Positions 39,423 through 49,393 of a stretch of 64,000 bases of DNA are shown here, piece by piece. The DNA comes from Bacteroidia bacterium (GTDB taxonomy: Bacteria; Bacteroidota; Bacteroidia; NS11-12g; UBA9320). The stretch is from positions 1,192-65,191 of the forward strand of contig JAGVMN010000006.1 of the NCBI GenBank assembly GCA_020053795.1, read 5' to 3'. Positions within the stretch are counted from its first letter, which is position 1. The number at the start of each line of letters is the position of its first letter. Made by a program: the position numbers and the translations under genes. Below the pieces are notes generated by a model. The model was not told the origin of the DNA. It was given only the letters and a program-made list of their open reading frames with translations, and searched no databases.

Positions 39423-41281
39423 GATGGTTTCTTTTTTTGTTTGAAAATATATTGAACGCCCACCGACCCGTTAAGTGGTGGCATGGGTCTTAAATTCACT
39501 AACTGGTATTGGCTGTTGTATAGATTGTTTGCCTCAGCTAAAAACGAAAAAGCGTTTTTATCCCAACTCAGAACAAGGCTTCCCCAATAAAAAGCTTTTA
39601 GCAGATCATCGTGATCTTCATTTAAAAAGCGGTTTGAAGTAAAAATATTTGACCACCGCAATGAAAAATTATGGTATTGAAAAGTCAGGGTTGAAGAAAG
39701 CCTGTTTGCCGGTACATAGGCAATTTGGCGGGTGACATCATAATAATCGTTTAGGTTTAGATTTTTCGAAACGAGATTGAGATGCCACAAGGCATTCCAT
39801 TTAACAGCAAATTTTCTGAAGCTCTTATGAAAATTGAGTTCTGACTCATGCCCGCGTCCCCAAACACCGGCCACATTTTGCGGCTGCCAGATGCTCAAAA
39901 CACCCGGAACCCAGTTGATGTAATTTTCAATTTTCAAAAGGTAATTGTTCCACTGCAAATCCCATTGTTTGTTGATTTGCCAATGGAAACCAAACTCTGC
40001 ATTCCATGACCTTTCTGCCTCAAGTTTTGGATTGCCCCCCGGATTCCAGTAAAGATCGTTTAAAGTTGGTAACCGATAGGCGTTCCCGACTCTGAGATTG
40101 AGTCTGATTCGTCTGGATATTTGATGTTGAAAAAATGCGGAGGCCGTGAATGGCCTTATGGAACCATTGGCCCACAGTTGTCGTGCGGCTAACAAAATGG
40201 ATGTTTTCTTCTTATGATATTTATGCGTTAAGCCCAATGAAATTTGAGACAAATTTGGCTTGCCGATATATCCTGATGATTTGCCTTCTTGTCTGGTGGC
40301 GTTCAACACACCACTGCTGATACCCATTTTCCAGTCCCGGTCAAATTCGGCAATTCCTATATAACCCTTTGATCGGTTTTTACTTTTAAGAGAAATAAGC
40401 GGATCGGTATATCGAATGCTTTCATCTAAAAAAGCGGTCCGGAAAAATGCCTTTCCATGTTTTCGAATCATAACGTACTCCACGTTTGCTCTCAAATTCA
40501 CATCATTCTGGGTTGCCTTTGATTCGTTTTGAACCCAGGTGGGCGGTATCTGCCTGTCGTTTTTCTGATACCAAATTCGTCCGAATAATTGATGCCCGTA
40601 TCCCCATTTATAATTCAATTCTTGCAACAAACCCATTGAAGATTCTTTTGCATGTCTCATGGTTTCCGCCGGCGTTGTTTTGTAGGGATTAGAAAAGTTG
40701 AAATTGTTTTTTGCCCCGCCGCTGATGAACCTTGTTCTGCTACTGAATTTCTTAGAGACAAAGGCTAAATCTTGGCCGATGAAAAAATTTCCGAAACTGC
40801 CACCCCGTATCAAAACTCGGTTGGCAAGTCCCAAAAGTTTTTTAGGACTGTTGTTTAAGATCAATGCACCTCCCATGGCCGAGTTTCCATTCAATGCAGA
40901 CGAGGTTCCGAATTCCAGGGCCTGATTGTCAATAAAAAAGGAGGGAATCAGGGCCAGATCAATGACTCCGTTCATGGGGCTTTGTAGCGAAATTCCATTC
41001 CAGAGTACCGCCGTTTGACTGGCTGAAAGCCCCCGGAGACTGACCGTTTGTAACCCTCCAGGGCCATAAGCTTTCAGGTAAATTCCATTTTGTCTGAACA
41101 GTGACTCTGACAAAGGGCGACTATTCATTTGTAGTGTCACCAGGCTGTCGGGTTTCATTTGCATCAACCCTTCGTGCAGGCGATCCGGGGTAATAATCGT
41201 TTCGCTTAGCCAGACGGTATCCATCTGTGCCCAAACAGGCACATAGGCAAAAGACAATATGATAAAAATATTCTTCACCAA
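39419..41281 (-). CDS. btuB: TonB-dependent receptor, BtuB-like (cobalamin riboswitch-controlled)
   Basis: 620 aa (BtuB-sized) with a TTG/GTG start and signal VKNIFIILSFAYVPVWAQ. Plug motifs (LRGLSASQTAVLWNGISLQSPMNG) precede a 22-strand-sized barrel. The gene lies directly downstream of a cobalamin riboswitch. Confidence 0.8.
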   Translation of the reverse strand: MVKNIFIILSFAYVPVWAQMDTVWLSETIITPDRLHEGLMQMKPDSLVTLQMNSRPLSESLFRQNGIYLKAYGPGGLQTVSLRGLSASQTAVLWNGISLQSPMNGVIDLALIPSFFIDNQALEFGTSSALNGNSAMGGALILNNSPKKLLGLANRVLIRGGSFGNFFIGQDLAFVSKKFSSRTRFISGGAKNNFNFSNPYKTTPAETMRHAKESSMGLLQELNYKWGYGHQLFGRIWYQKNDRQIPPTWVQNESKATQNDVNLRANVEYVMIRKHGKAFFRTAFLDESIRYTDPLISLKSKNRSKGYIGIAEFDRDWKMGISSGVLNATRQEGKSSGYIGKPNLSQISLGLTHKYHKKKTSILLAARQLWANGSIRPFTASAFFQHQISRRIRLNLRVGNAYRLPTLNDLYWNPGGNPKLEAERSWNAEFGFHWQINKQWDLQWNNYLLKIENYINWVPGVLSIWQPQNVAGVWGRGHESELNFHKSFRKFAVKWNALWHLNLVSKNLNLNDYYDVTRQIAYVPANRLSSTLTFQYHNFSLRWSNIFTSNRFLNEDHDDLLKAFYWGSLVLSWDKNAFSFLAEANNLYNSQYQLVNLRPMPPLNGSVGVQYIFKQKKKPS

Positions 41282-41384
41282 AACTCAATTTGTGAAGCGT
41301 CAGGGAAGGGTGTTAACTAAAATTGGAATATGCCTCAGACCAATCTTCGTGAGCCTTTTTTCCCGAAAGCTTCGAATGCAATAT

Positions 41385-41575
41385 TGGTTGCGGCAGGTCT
41401 TCTGACTTGTTCCTTCTTTTTGTGGCCTTCCCGTCTTTTCCATAGTTTTGGAACGGACAGTGGCTCTATATTTCAAAAAGAATCATTCGGAACTTACAGC
41501 ATCGGGCAATGTTCCGGTCTTTCACCGGATTCCCTTTAATCAGTTGGGTGTGACACCAAACTGAAACCGTTTCCA
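41385..41575 (-). promoter_or_regulatory. cobalamin (B12) riboswitch
   Basis: The minus strand reads ..TTAAAGGGAATCCGGTGAAAGACCGGAACATTGCCCGATGCTGTAAG..GAGCCACTGTCCG..GACGGGAAGGCC..AAGTCAGAAGACCTGCCGCAACC. The conserved core (AGGGAA..GGTGAAA.TCC, GCCACTG, GGGAAGG) and the B12 box AGTCAGAAGACCTGCC (plus-strand 41391-41407) are all present in the right order. The ends are approximate. Confidence 0.9.
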
Positions 41576-41579
41576 AGGG

Positions 41580-41587
41580 CAAATGTA
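41580..41587 (-). promoter_or_regulatory. candidate -7 box (TAcaTTTG) for the riboswitch/btuB operon
   Basis: The minus strand reads TACATTTG immediately upstream of the riboswitch 5' end. I found no convincing -33 TTTG at the canonical spacing. Confidence 0.3.
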
Positions 41588-41759
41588 GGGTATTGGATGA
41601 AAGTTGATTTTTTTAGATGTTATTTTTTTTTTGCACAAGATTGTCTGAGTCAACTTATCCTAATGCCTAACCCAAAGCTGACGGGAAATAGATGGAAAAG
41701 TTGATGGGAATAAAATTCAAAAAATCAAATTATTCTGTCACTACTCAAACGCACCAATC

Positions 41760-42431
41760 TTACGGCTGAACTTTGATGTTATAGGTTTTGTTTTGATCCT
41801 TCAGTATCAAAATGGTCGTTTGATCTAAACGGCTGATATCAAAACACAAATCTTTGGTGAAATAGGCTTTGCAAAGCTGTGGTTCAAAAAGAAGTTTACA
41901 ATCTCTTTGCGGTGGCAGGCTCTTACTCATATAGGGGCTTGCAATCAAGCCAAAGTAACGGTCCGGACTGCAACCGCTGTATCCGATTTTGAGATTTAAT
42001 CGGCCTTTGCTTGTAGAATATTCAAGAATTGAAAAGCCAGGTTGCAATGCTCTGTTAAATGAATCTATTTCCGGAATTCCCATTTTGATGGTTTGACCGT
42101 CTGGACAGGGAGATGCTGTTAGTTCTTTGATGCAGGTGATCACAACCGTTTTGCCGGCCATACAAATACTTGCCATTGGTTTTTCGTCATAATCGAAAAG
42201 TACTTTCTGACCATCGCGAAGCACAAAGGTTTTGTCAAGTATTTCTACAGGTTCCAGTTTGGAGCCATCTTGCAGAACGATCAAAAAACGGCATCCGTCA
42301 AAGCCTGTGAAGTCTTGAACAGTTCCAACAGTCTTGCAAAGGTTGTCGCCGGGCAACGGGGTTTTCTCTCGCGGTTTACAACTCACAGACGAGATAAAAA
42401 GAATGCAGAGGATGAATAAAATGTTTTTCAT
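41760..42431 (-). CDS. hypothetical lipoprotein (Cys-rich)
   Basis: Signal peptide with a Cys (MKNILFILCILFISSVSCKP). I recognised no family. Confidence 0.5.
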   Translation of the reverse strand: MKNILFILCILFISSVSCKPREKTPLPGDNLCKTVGTVQDFTGFDGCRFLIVLQDGSKLEPVEILDKTFVLRDGQKVLFDYDEKPMASICMAGKTVVITCIKELTASPCPDGQTIKMGIPEIDSFNRALQPGFSILEYSTSKGRLNLKIGYSGCSPDRYFGLIASPYMSKSLPPQRDCKLLFEPQLCKAYFTKDLCFDISRLDQTTILILKDQNKTYNIKVQP

Positions 42432-42482
42432 AACGACACAAAGATATGACCCGATTGACGAATTTTATGTCTGATATTTGTC

Positions 42483-43718
42483 TTAAAATTTGAAAGAATA
42501 GCCAAGGCCCAAACTGACATCACGGAATTTTTTCTCCGAGTAATTGAGCAATTTGCTGAGGTGGACATTGTAACCGGTTTCAATTTTGAGCATGGATTTT
42601 TGATTCAGGGCATAACCAACAGTTAATCCCGACGACCATGTAATTTGTTCTCTTTGCATAGCACCCCATTCCGGCGAAACAAAGTCGTACATATCAGGGT
42701 TGCGTTCTGCTTTGTATCGCTGCAAAAAATTGCCACTGATTGCATACCGCATAGCGAAACCTGACGAAATTTGTAAAACTGTTTTTCCTTTATTCAGGCT
42801 CACTCCAGCCAAAACCGGAAATTCAAGATAGTTGATTTGATTCCTATAGATGTCAATATCCGGAGAATTGACAGGTTTAGACTTATACAGAACGGTATCA
42901 CTTGCAGGGTTATTGATTTTAGAGACTTCGTAAATCACACCCATTTGTTGGAAACCGATGCCGGAACTGATGAAAAACCATGGTTTGGCGTAATAGTTTA
43001 TTTTCACTCCCAACCCAAAAACTGTCATATTTTGTGTTTTCGGGTTCTCTGCATTTACCGAAGACAAACTCGCCGTTAAGGCCGACTTTGATTTAGACAT
43101 GTCTTTCAATCCGGATTTTCCTGCATTCAATAATATACCGAGTTCCCATTTGCTATAAACCATTGGCAGAGTCACAGGTTCTTTAGCCATGAAGGAAGTC
43201 GGTAATAAAACTGGTATGGGGTTAAATTTCCATTGAACGGGAACGATTCCGAACGAAACAGATCGCGACAGCATTGGCCAAAGGTCAAATTTCATTTGTT
43301 CAAAAGTAGGCGTTGTATCTTCAGTGGATTCAATTAGAAAGGCATCAGAATTAAATTCTTGTCTATCCGGAGTTTTTGCAGAAACGGGTTCAGGACTTGG
43401 AGTATTTTGCAAATTTGATTTAGGTATAGTTGAGTTAAGTTCTGGCTTCACAGAATTTGTCTCGGGTAATGGGGAGATGGCGTTTTCTTTCAGACTATAT
43501 AACAAACCGGTATTGTTTTTTGTGTCATTTGTTTCTATAGACTGCATCAGCCAAAGAACAGTACCTCCAAACAAAGCAAAAAATGGAATGAGCCATATCC
43601 AATAGAATTTTCTTCGCCCGGCCATTTTCTGACTGAGTTTATTCCATGAACCATCAGATGGTTTGAGGACGAAGGTCTTATCTGCCTGCCTTAACTTGTC
43701 TTCAAAACTGCCTTGCAT
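42483..43718 (-). CDS. membrane-anchored protein downstream of ECF sigma: anti-sigma-like N-terminus + C-terminal outer-membrane beta-barrel-like domain
   Basis: There is a 28-nt overlap with the sigma gene. A single TM helix (FYWIWLIPFFALFGGTVLWLM) follows a ~35-aa cytoplasmic segment. The C-terminal ~240 aa have alternating strand patterns ending ..SLGLGYSFKF. Confidence 0.5.
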   Translation of the reverse strand: MQGSFEDKLRQADKTFVLKPSDGSWNKLSQKMAGRRKFYWIWLIPFFALFGGTVLWLMQSIETNDTKNNTGLLYSLKENAISPLPETNSVKPELNSTIPKSNLQNTPSPEPVSAKTPDRQEFNSDAFLIESTEDTTPTFEQMKFDLWPMLSRSVSFGIVPVQWKFNPIPVLLPTSFMAKEPVTLPMVYSKWELGILLNAGKSGLKDMSKSKSALTASLSSVNAENPKTQNMTVFGLGVKINYYAKPWFFISSGIGFQQMGVIYEVSKINNPASDTVLYKSKPVNSPDIDIYRNQINYLEFPVLAGVSLNKGKTVLQISSGFAMRYAISGNFLQRYKAERNPDMYDFVSPEWGAMQREQITWSSGLTVGYALNQKSMLKIETGYNVHLSKLLNYSEKKFRDVSLGLGYSFKF

Positions 43719-44263
43719 GATTCTTCGGTTTTTTCAATTTGATGTATCATTTCCTTTAGCTTCACCTTGGCCATGTGGTATTGGCTTTTGGATGTAGATT
43801 CACTTATGGCTAATTTTTCTCCAATTTCCCTATGTGTAAAACCTTCGACAGCATAAAGATTAAAAACCAGTTGATAACCTGCCGGTAAAGTTTTCACCAT
43901 GTCAATTAGTTCTTTGTATTGGATATGGTTAAGCACCGAATCATCCGCAACCCTCGACTCAACAACCAAATCAGGTTCATAACTGAATCTCAGAGCATCT
44001 TTTTTTTTGATGTGGTTAATTGCGTTGTTTACCATAATTCTTCTCATCCAACCTTCAAAACTTCCAGTTCCGGAATAAGAATCAATTTTTGTTAAAATGA
44101 TCACAAATCCATCGTGCATCATATCTTCAGCCTCCTGCATCCCGGATGCGTAACGATAGCATAGGCCCAGAAATCTTGGTGCATAAGTGTCGTATAGGGC
44201 TTTTTGATACTTTGGCCTGCCTTTTTTACAACCCTCAATAATTTCACTGAGGTTTACAGACAT
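43691..44263 (-). CDS. RNA polymerase ECF-type sigma-70 factor
   Basis: 190 aa. Region 2 (EAEDMMHDGFVIIL...W..RIMVNNAINHIKK) and the region 4 HTH (FTHREIGEKLAISESTSKSQYHMAKVKL) are both present. Confidence 0.85.
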   Translation of the reverse strand: MSVNLSEIIEGCKKGRPKYQKALYDTYAPRFLGLCYRYASGMQEAEDMMHDGFVIILTKIDSYSGTGSFEGWMRRIMVNNAINHIKKKDALRFSYEPDLVVESRVADDSVLNHIQYKELIDMVKTLPAGYQLVFNLYAVEGFTHREIGEKLAISESTSKSQYHMAKVKLKEMIHQIEKTEESCKAVLKTS

Positions 44264-44468
44264 ATGGCTCGCATTACTGACAAAGTCGGTTGAAAATAAG
44301 TTGTTTCAATGTTGAATATTTTTTTTCGATTCACAGTCATTGGCCAAAAAATATTCTTTAAATTCTGGTTCTAAGCCTTAACGTTAATACGGTTAGAAAG
44401 TATATGGCATCAGGTATAAATTGTCAGGATTGAATCAAATTTTCCTCCAAAAGGCCACAATGAATAGG

Positions 44469-47400
44469 TTATCTCATAAGATGTACCGTGCCTGATTTAT
44501 AATATGGTCGGTTTCTGTAATCAGTAAATCGCACGGTATAGATATATACATCCTGTTGGGCAGGCTTATCAAGATAAAGACCATCCCATTTGCTGTATAA
44601 ATCCAACGTAGAATATACCTTCTCACCCCAACGATTAAAAATATTCATTTCAAACTGGTTTACCGCAATACTCACCACACCAAATCCTTCATTCACATTG
44701 TCAGCGTTTGGGGTAAAAGCGTTCGGAATAAAAACGTTGGGTTCATAATTATAGCAGATTTCGTTTGACCAGGAAACAGCTTTGTTTCCTTCAATTTCAT
44801 AAGCTTTTACACGGTAACACTCGGTAAAAACGCTTACATTATTTTCAAATCTGATTCGTGTTGAGGGGTCATAATTTGATTGATAAGTAAAGTCACTTTC
44901 GTTGTTAACCCTTCGGTATATTTCATAGTAATCAACGCCATTTTGCCATCCCAGATAAGGAGTAAAGTTTATGGTCAGCGAAAGGTCAACTTCTGAAATT
45001 GAACCACTTAACAGAATATTTGTGTGGGTTTGAGTATTTCTTAAATTTCCGCATAAGTCAGTTCCTCTTACCTGATACTCGAAGGGGTTCTTGTCTGTAT
45101 TCAGTGGTTTGTCAATATAGCTTCTCAAACTACCATCAATCGAAGCAATTTTATTCCAAACTAAAGTACCCTCCGGTCGCCTGTCTAATTCGAACGGATA
45201 CGATATGGCCGGATTACCAGGAGTTTGCCATTGTACCACCATATAATTATCCGGGTAACCAACAGATACAACTTTCATCTCGATGATCAGTTTGTTAATA
45301 TATACAGGAAGTTCTAAGGTATCCCCTTTGCAGTTAAACTCAGAGATTTCCACCATCTTAATGTAGGCATCCACAACATCGTCAAAATCAATCAAAATGC
45401 TATCCGTTCCACGGCCATATAAAATATTGCCATTGGTAACACTCCAGTTGAAGGTGGAATTTTGAAAGCCTGAAACAGAATACGGAATTTTCAAAATATT
45501 GGGATGACATATAACAAAATCGCCAAATATACCAGTAGTTGTTGGTTTTGGTCGAACATAAATTATTGTATCTAAAAGCTTACCTGGACAACTGTCTTTG
45601 GTTATTTCGATTACAGAAAGCAAATAAGTACCGGGCTTATTCATTACCAGCTTTATTGTTTTGGTTCCCTGTCCGAAAATGGTATCATTCTTTCCAGCCA
45701 ATGTCCATATATAAGTGGATCCGGCAAAGCCATTCAACGTATAGCTCATAGAGTCTTCCGATTGACAAAAATCTACAGGCCCAATAATGGTATTGGCAAC
45801 AGGAAGTGGATTAATAGTGACATTCAGATAGATGAAAGGGCTTGAACAGACCCGATTATTAACCGAATCAAAAGATCGTTCCTGAACGCCCACCCTGCCA
45901 CTTCCGTTGGCACCCCAATTTACGGAAATTAAATTGCTGCTGTCTCCTGATGCCTGATTGCCGCCGTTAATAATCCAATAATGCACGCTCCCTTCCGTTT
46001 TCAGAACAGTATATGGAACTCCCTGATCAAATTCACAGACAGAGGTTTTCCCCATTGGTTTACTTCCTGCGAGTGTATAGTCTATAAAAACATTGAGTGT
46101 TACTAAATCACTCATGCATCCAAAACGATCGGTTTCAGTAACAAATACTCCACCAACTCCCGCATCTCCCCAATTTACACTTATTTGATTCGTATTCCCT
46201 CCTCCTACCTGTGTTCCTCCTGTTACCTGCCAAATATAAATGGAGCCGGAGGTGTAAGTTGTTTTATAAATAATTCCCTTTATATTCGGACAAACGGAAG
46301 GATTTCCTGAAATTGCGGGGTACGGTTTTCTGATGTCAACAAAATAAATTGCCGTGTCGCTTGGGCATCCGTTTGATCCGGTTTCAACTGCTTTTACAAT
46401 ACCCGTGCCTTTAAAACCCCAATCCACTTTGAATAAATTATTGGATGAACCGCCAGATGTACCACCATTTGCCGACCACCAATAAGATGATCCTGCGTTA
46501 TTAAAAACACTGTATTGCACACCTGATTCCAATTCGCAAACCGTGTCTAATCCACTAATAACAGGCTTTGGCGGGCTGGACAAAATAGTTATAACTTTGT
46601 TTGATGTTTGTCCTCTGCATCCGAAACGACTAATTTCAGTGACAGCAATTGAACCTGCTCCGCTTTGGTTCCACATCACAAAAACAGACGAACCTTTTGC
46701 AGAGCCTTGGATCACACCACCGGTAACAATCCATTCAAATGTTGAACCTGCACTGGCACGTTGTGCAATGTAAAGGTTGTTCTTAGAATAGTTGCATAAT
46801 CTATCCGGCCCAAAAATACCATCAGCTCCTATAAAGGGTTTTACAAGGATAGAAAAGTTCTTATTTTCAAATTTAGGTGGACAACCGTTATCCCAAACCT
46901 CAGCCGTGAAAAGGTATGGTTTGCTTGAAAACTGCGAGCAAGATGGTTGCCAACAAAACTGGGAAACCGTTGTGCCTGTTCCGGTTGTTGTTGGCAAACT
47001 CGCTAATGGGGGAATAAATCCATTAGCCCCTGTAAAAATATCACCTTTTCCTTTTAATGTTACATTATCATTATCAATATCACTGCCGGTGATATCAAAA
47101 CACAATGGTGCTCCGGCTTCTACCTCATAATTATAGGATGAACCGGATATTTTTGGTTTGTTGTTCGGTTCGCATTGAAGAACTAAAATTTGAAGGTCAA
47201 GTCTTATTCGGCTAAGTTCAATACCGTTTCTATATTCTGTCACTTCAATTGCAATAACATAACTCCCCACATTTTGCGAATAAAGTTGCGTTAACCCATT
47301 ATTCGGATCCACTGTGGCAACCCCACCCATTCCAAAAGGTGAATATTCGTTGAATCCGGAATTGTATATTACAGGGTCTATTGGCAATTTTAAATTGGCC

Positions 47401-48086
47401 GGCGGATCTGGAATAGACCCTGCCTGGGTAGGCAGACCACCTTGATAGGGCAATGCCATTCGATACACCAATAAATCACCATCAGGGTCGTAGGCAGAGT
47501 TAAGGATATTCGTTGTGTCTTTCACACACATATATGGTGACGGTACACCCGAGAATGCAGGGGAACTATTTTTGATATTGGTTGGGGGGATGTTGCAAGT
47601 AAATGTTTGGCCTTGGTAAGGTTGTCCGTTTGGACCATTGGAATTAAGGTTGTTCTGAATATTACGACAACAACGAACAAAAGTAAGACGATAGCCATAA
47701 GAACTTGAAGGCAAGTCAATCTCCCTTTCATAAAATCCTTGCTCAATACAAACATTTTTAGCGTAATAATCACAAGTAATACTTCCGGGTGGATCAACTT
47801 TTCGCCTGACTAATAATTTGAAGGTTAAGGTCTGATTTATTGATTTCTTCGCGTTGTTGTTATAAACTCCTATCTTAATTTCATTGTCAAACTCCACTGT
47901 GCTTTGTAAGCAATCTCTGAAAATGTTCAGAGTTACTTTGTAACGATACATACCGTTTGAAGTAGTTGTCAGATATTGATAGCTCATATAACCACCAACC
48001 AAATGGGTTGCCGAGGCCTCAGAAGCAATAAATAGAACATACCCCAGAAGGAAGTTTCTAAAAGTTATGTTAACGATTTTTCTCAA
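44469..48086 (-). CDS. giant adhesin with gliding-motility/CHU_C (T9SS type B) C-terminal sorting domain
   Basis: The N-terminal ATHLVGGYMSYQYL motif is typical of this family. Multiple Ig-like modules follow (..G..Y.W.V.GG........I.V.WG..G.G.V.V.E....GC..). The C-terminus is FIPNAFTPNADNVNEGF...FNRWGEKVYST...WDGLY. Confidence 0.85.
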   Translation of the reverse strand: MRKIVNITFRNFLLGYVLFIASEASATHLVGGYMSYQYLTTTSNGMYRYKVTLNIFRDCLQSTVEFDNEIKIGVYNNNAKKSINQTLTFKLLVRRKVDPPGSITCDYYAKNVCIEQGFYEREIDLPSSSYGYRLTFVRCCRNIQNNLNSNGPNGQPYQGQTFTCNIPPTNIKNSSPAFSGVPSPYMCVKDTTNILNSAYDPDGDLLVYRMALPYQGGLPTQAGSIPDPPANLKLPIDPVIYNSGFNEYSPFGMGGVATVDPNNGLTQLYSQNVGSYVIAIEVTEYRNGIELSRIRLDLQILVLQCEPNNKPKISGSSYNYEVEAGAPLCFDITGSDIDNDNVTLKGKGDIFTGANGFIPPLASLPTTTGTGTTVSQFCWQPSCSQFSSKPYLFTAEVWDNGCPPKFENKNFSILVKPFIGADGIFGPDRLCNYSKNNLYIAQRASAGSTFEWIVTGGVIQGSAKGSSVFVMWNQSGAGSIAVTEISRFGCRGQTSNKVITILSSPPKPVISGLDTVCELESGVQYSVFNNAGSSYWWSANGGTSGGSSNNLFKVDWGFKGTGIVKAVETGSNGCPSDTAIYFVDIRKPYPAISGNPSVCPNIKGIIYKTTYTSGSIYIWQVTGGTQVGGGNTNQISVNWGDAGVGGVFVTETDRFGCMSDLVTLNVFIDYTLAGSKPMGKTSVCEFDQGVPYTVLKTEGSVHYWIINGGNQASGDSSNLISVNWGANGSGRVGVQERSFDSVNNRVCSSPFIYLNVTINPLPVANTIIGPVDFCQSEDSMSYTLNGFAGSTYIWTLAGKNDTIFGQGTKTIKLVMNKPGTYLLSVIEITKDSCPGKLLDTIIYVRPKPTTTGIFGDFVICHPNILKIPYSVSGFQNSTFNWSVTNGNILYGRGTDSILIDFDDVVDAYIKMVEISEFNCKGDTLELPVYINKLIIEMKVVSVGYPDNYMVVQWQTPGNPAISYPFELDRRPEGTLVWNKIASIDGSLRSYIDKPLNTDKNPFEYQVRGTDLCGNLRNTQTHTNILLSGSISEVDLSLTINFTPYLGWQNGVDYYEIYRRVNNESDFTYQSNYDPSTRIRFENNVSVFTECYRVKAYEIEGNKAVSWSNEICYNYEPNVFIPNAFTPNADNVNEGFGVVSIAVNQFEMNIFNRWGEKVYSTLDLYSKWDGLYLDKPAQQDVYIYTVRFTDYRNRPYYKSGTVHLMR

Positions 48087-48138
48087 ACGGCACTAAGATA
48101 ACGGTTTTAATCTCGAAAACGTTTTAGTGAAAACAAAC

Positions 48139-48714
48139 TTAAGCATTATTTTGGTCAAATTTGACTAATATCTCTACAAAGTTACCCAAATCAGTTACTT
48201 CTATGTCTTTCAGATTTTCATCAATTTTTATCCCGTCGGTGTTAATATAAACGGTTTTCATCCCTGCGTTCCGCCCAAATTGCATATCGCTCGGAGAATC
48301 ACCTGCTATTACCGACTTTGTAAATACTATTTCGGGGAATTGCTTTTTCGCCGCTAAGGCCATACCAATGGCGGGTTTTCGCGTGTTTGAATTCTCCAAT
48401 GCCAGGTTCGGACTGAAGTAAACGGCATCTATCCTTCCTCCGGCATTCAACACTTTTGTTTTCATGAAATCATGTATGCTTTGAAGGTCAGATTCTGTCA
48501 TCAACCCTTTGCCAATGCCTTGCTGATTAGTGACCACAATGATCCGTGGAAATATGGCTGCCAATTCTTTCAGAGCATTTAAAGTTCCTGGAAAAAATTG
48601 AAACTCATCCTGGTGGTATATATAATCACCAATCTTCCTTTTGTTGATGACACCATCCCTGTCTAAAAATAAAGTCCAGCCTGAATCAATACCCCAAATT
48701 TCTGAAAGTTTCAT
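48139..48714 (-). CDS. gmhB: D-glycero-D-manno-heptose 1,7-bisphosphate phosphatase (HAD superfamily)
   Basis: HAD motif I LFLDRDGVIN, motif II VVTNQQGIGKG, and motif III/IV ..GDSPSD. It sits in an operon with a heptose kinase and a nucleotidyltransferase. Confidence 0.75.
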   Translation of the reverse strand: MKLSEIWGIDSGWTLFLDRDGVINKRKIGDYIYHQDEFQFFPGTLNALKELAAIFPRIIVVTNQQGIGKGLMTESDLQSIHDFMKTKVLNAGGRIDAVYFSPNLALENSNTRKPAIGMALAAKKQFPEIVFTKSVIAGDSPSDMQFGRNAGMKTVYINTDGIKIDENLKDIEVTDLGNFVEILVKFDQNNA

Positions 48715-49393
48715 TTGCTCTTTTATAATCTTCTGGAATCCCGATGTCTATGAAATACGAGTCACCCACCAACCCAAAGACATCATTGTTCTTAACAAAG
48801 GGTTTTAAAATATCGGTTTCAAAAGAAAATTCGGTTTTGACTTCACGTGCATCCAATAAGTTTTTAGTAACACAATATACGCCTGCATTAATAAGGCCAA
48901 AATCCAGAGTATCATTTTTCTCCTTAAAATCTACTACCCGAGCATCTTTAATTTCAACCGTTCCATACCGACCCGGTTGATTCATAGGTTTTAGATAAAG
49001 CGAAATAAGACCCTTTTGTTCGTGATGAAATTTTACCAAATTCATTGTTGATTCAGCAAAAAAAGTATCACCGTTGAAGATCATCACATCCCGAGTCCTA
49101 CACTGTTCCAAAGCCAATTTAATTCCGCCTCCGGTGCCCAATGGTTTTTCTTCAATTGCATAGTTCATCTTCATACCCCTGTATTCGTAGCCAAAGTGTG
49201 AAATGATTTTATCGCACATAAAACCAACCGATAAAATGACCCTTGTAACTCCCTGATCTTTCAGGAAATTTAAAAGATATTCCAGAAAGGGCTTCCCTGA
49301 TACAGGAGCCATAGGTTTGGGTAAATCAGGAACTGTGCTTTGCAATCTTGTACCGCGGCCACCTGCCAATATCACAACATCCGGATGTGTCAT
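48686..49393 (-). CDS. hddC: D-glycero-alpha-D-manno-heptose 1-phosphate guanylyltransferase-like nucleotidyltransferase
   Basis: N-terminal sugar-nucleotidyltransferase motif VILAGGRGTRL...PKPM. It has a 4-nt overlap with the kinase gene and a 29-nt overlap with gmhB. Confidence 0.65.
   Translation of the reverse strand: MTHPDVVILAGGRGTRLQSTVPDLPKPMAPVSGKPFLEYLLNFLKDQGVTRVILSVGFMCDKIISHFGYEYRGMKMNYAIEEKPLGTGGGIKLALEQCRTRDVMIFNGDTFFAESTMNLVKFHHEQKGLISLYLKPMNQPGRYGTVEIKDARVVDFKEKNDTLDFGLINAGVYCVTKNLLDAREVKTEFSFETDILKPFVKNNDVFGLVGDSYFIDIGIPEDYKRANETFRNLGY

Noticed and set aside
41330-41539. 69-aa plus-strand ORF upstream of the TonB receptor
   Set aside because: It is antisense to the cobalamin riboswitch and its expression platform, and the conserved riboswitch motifs explain the region.
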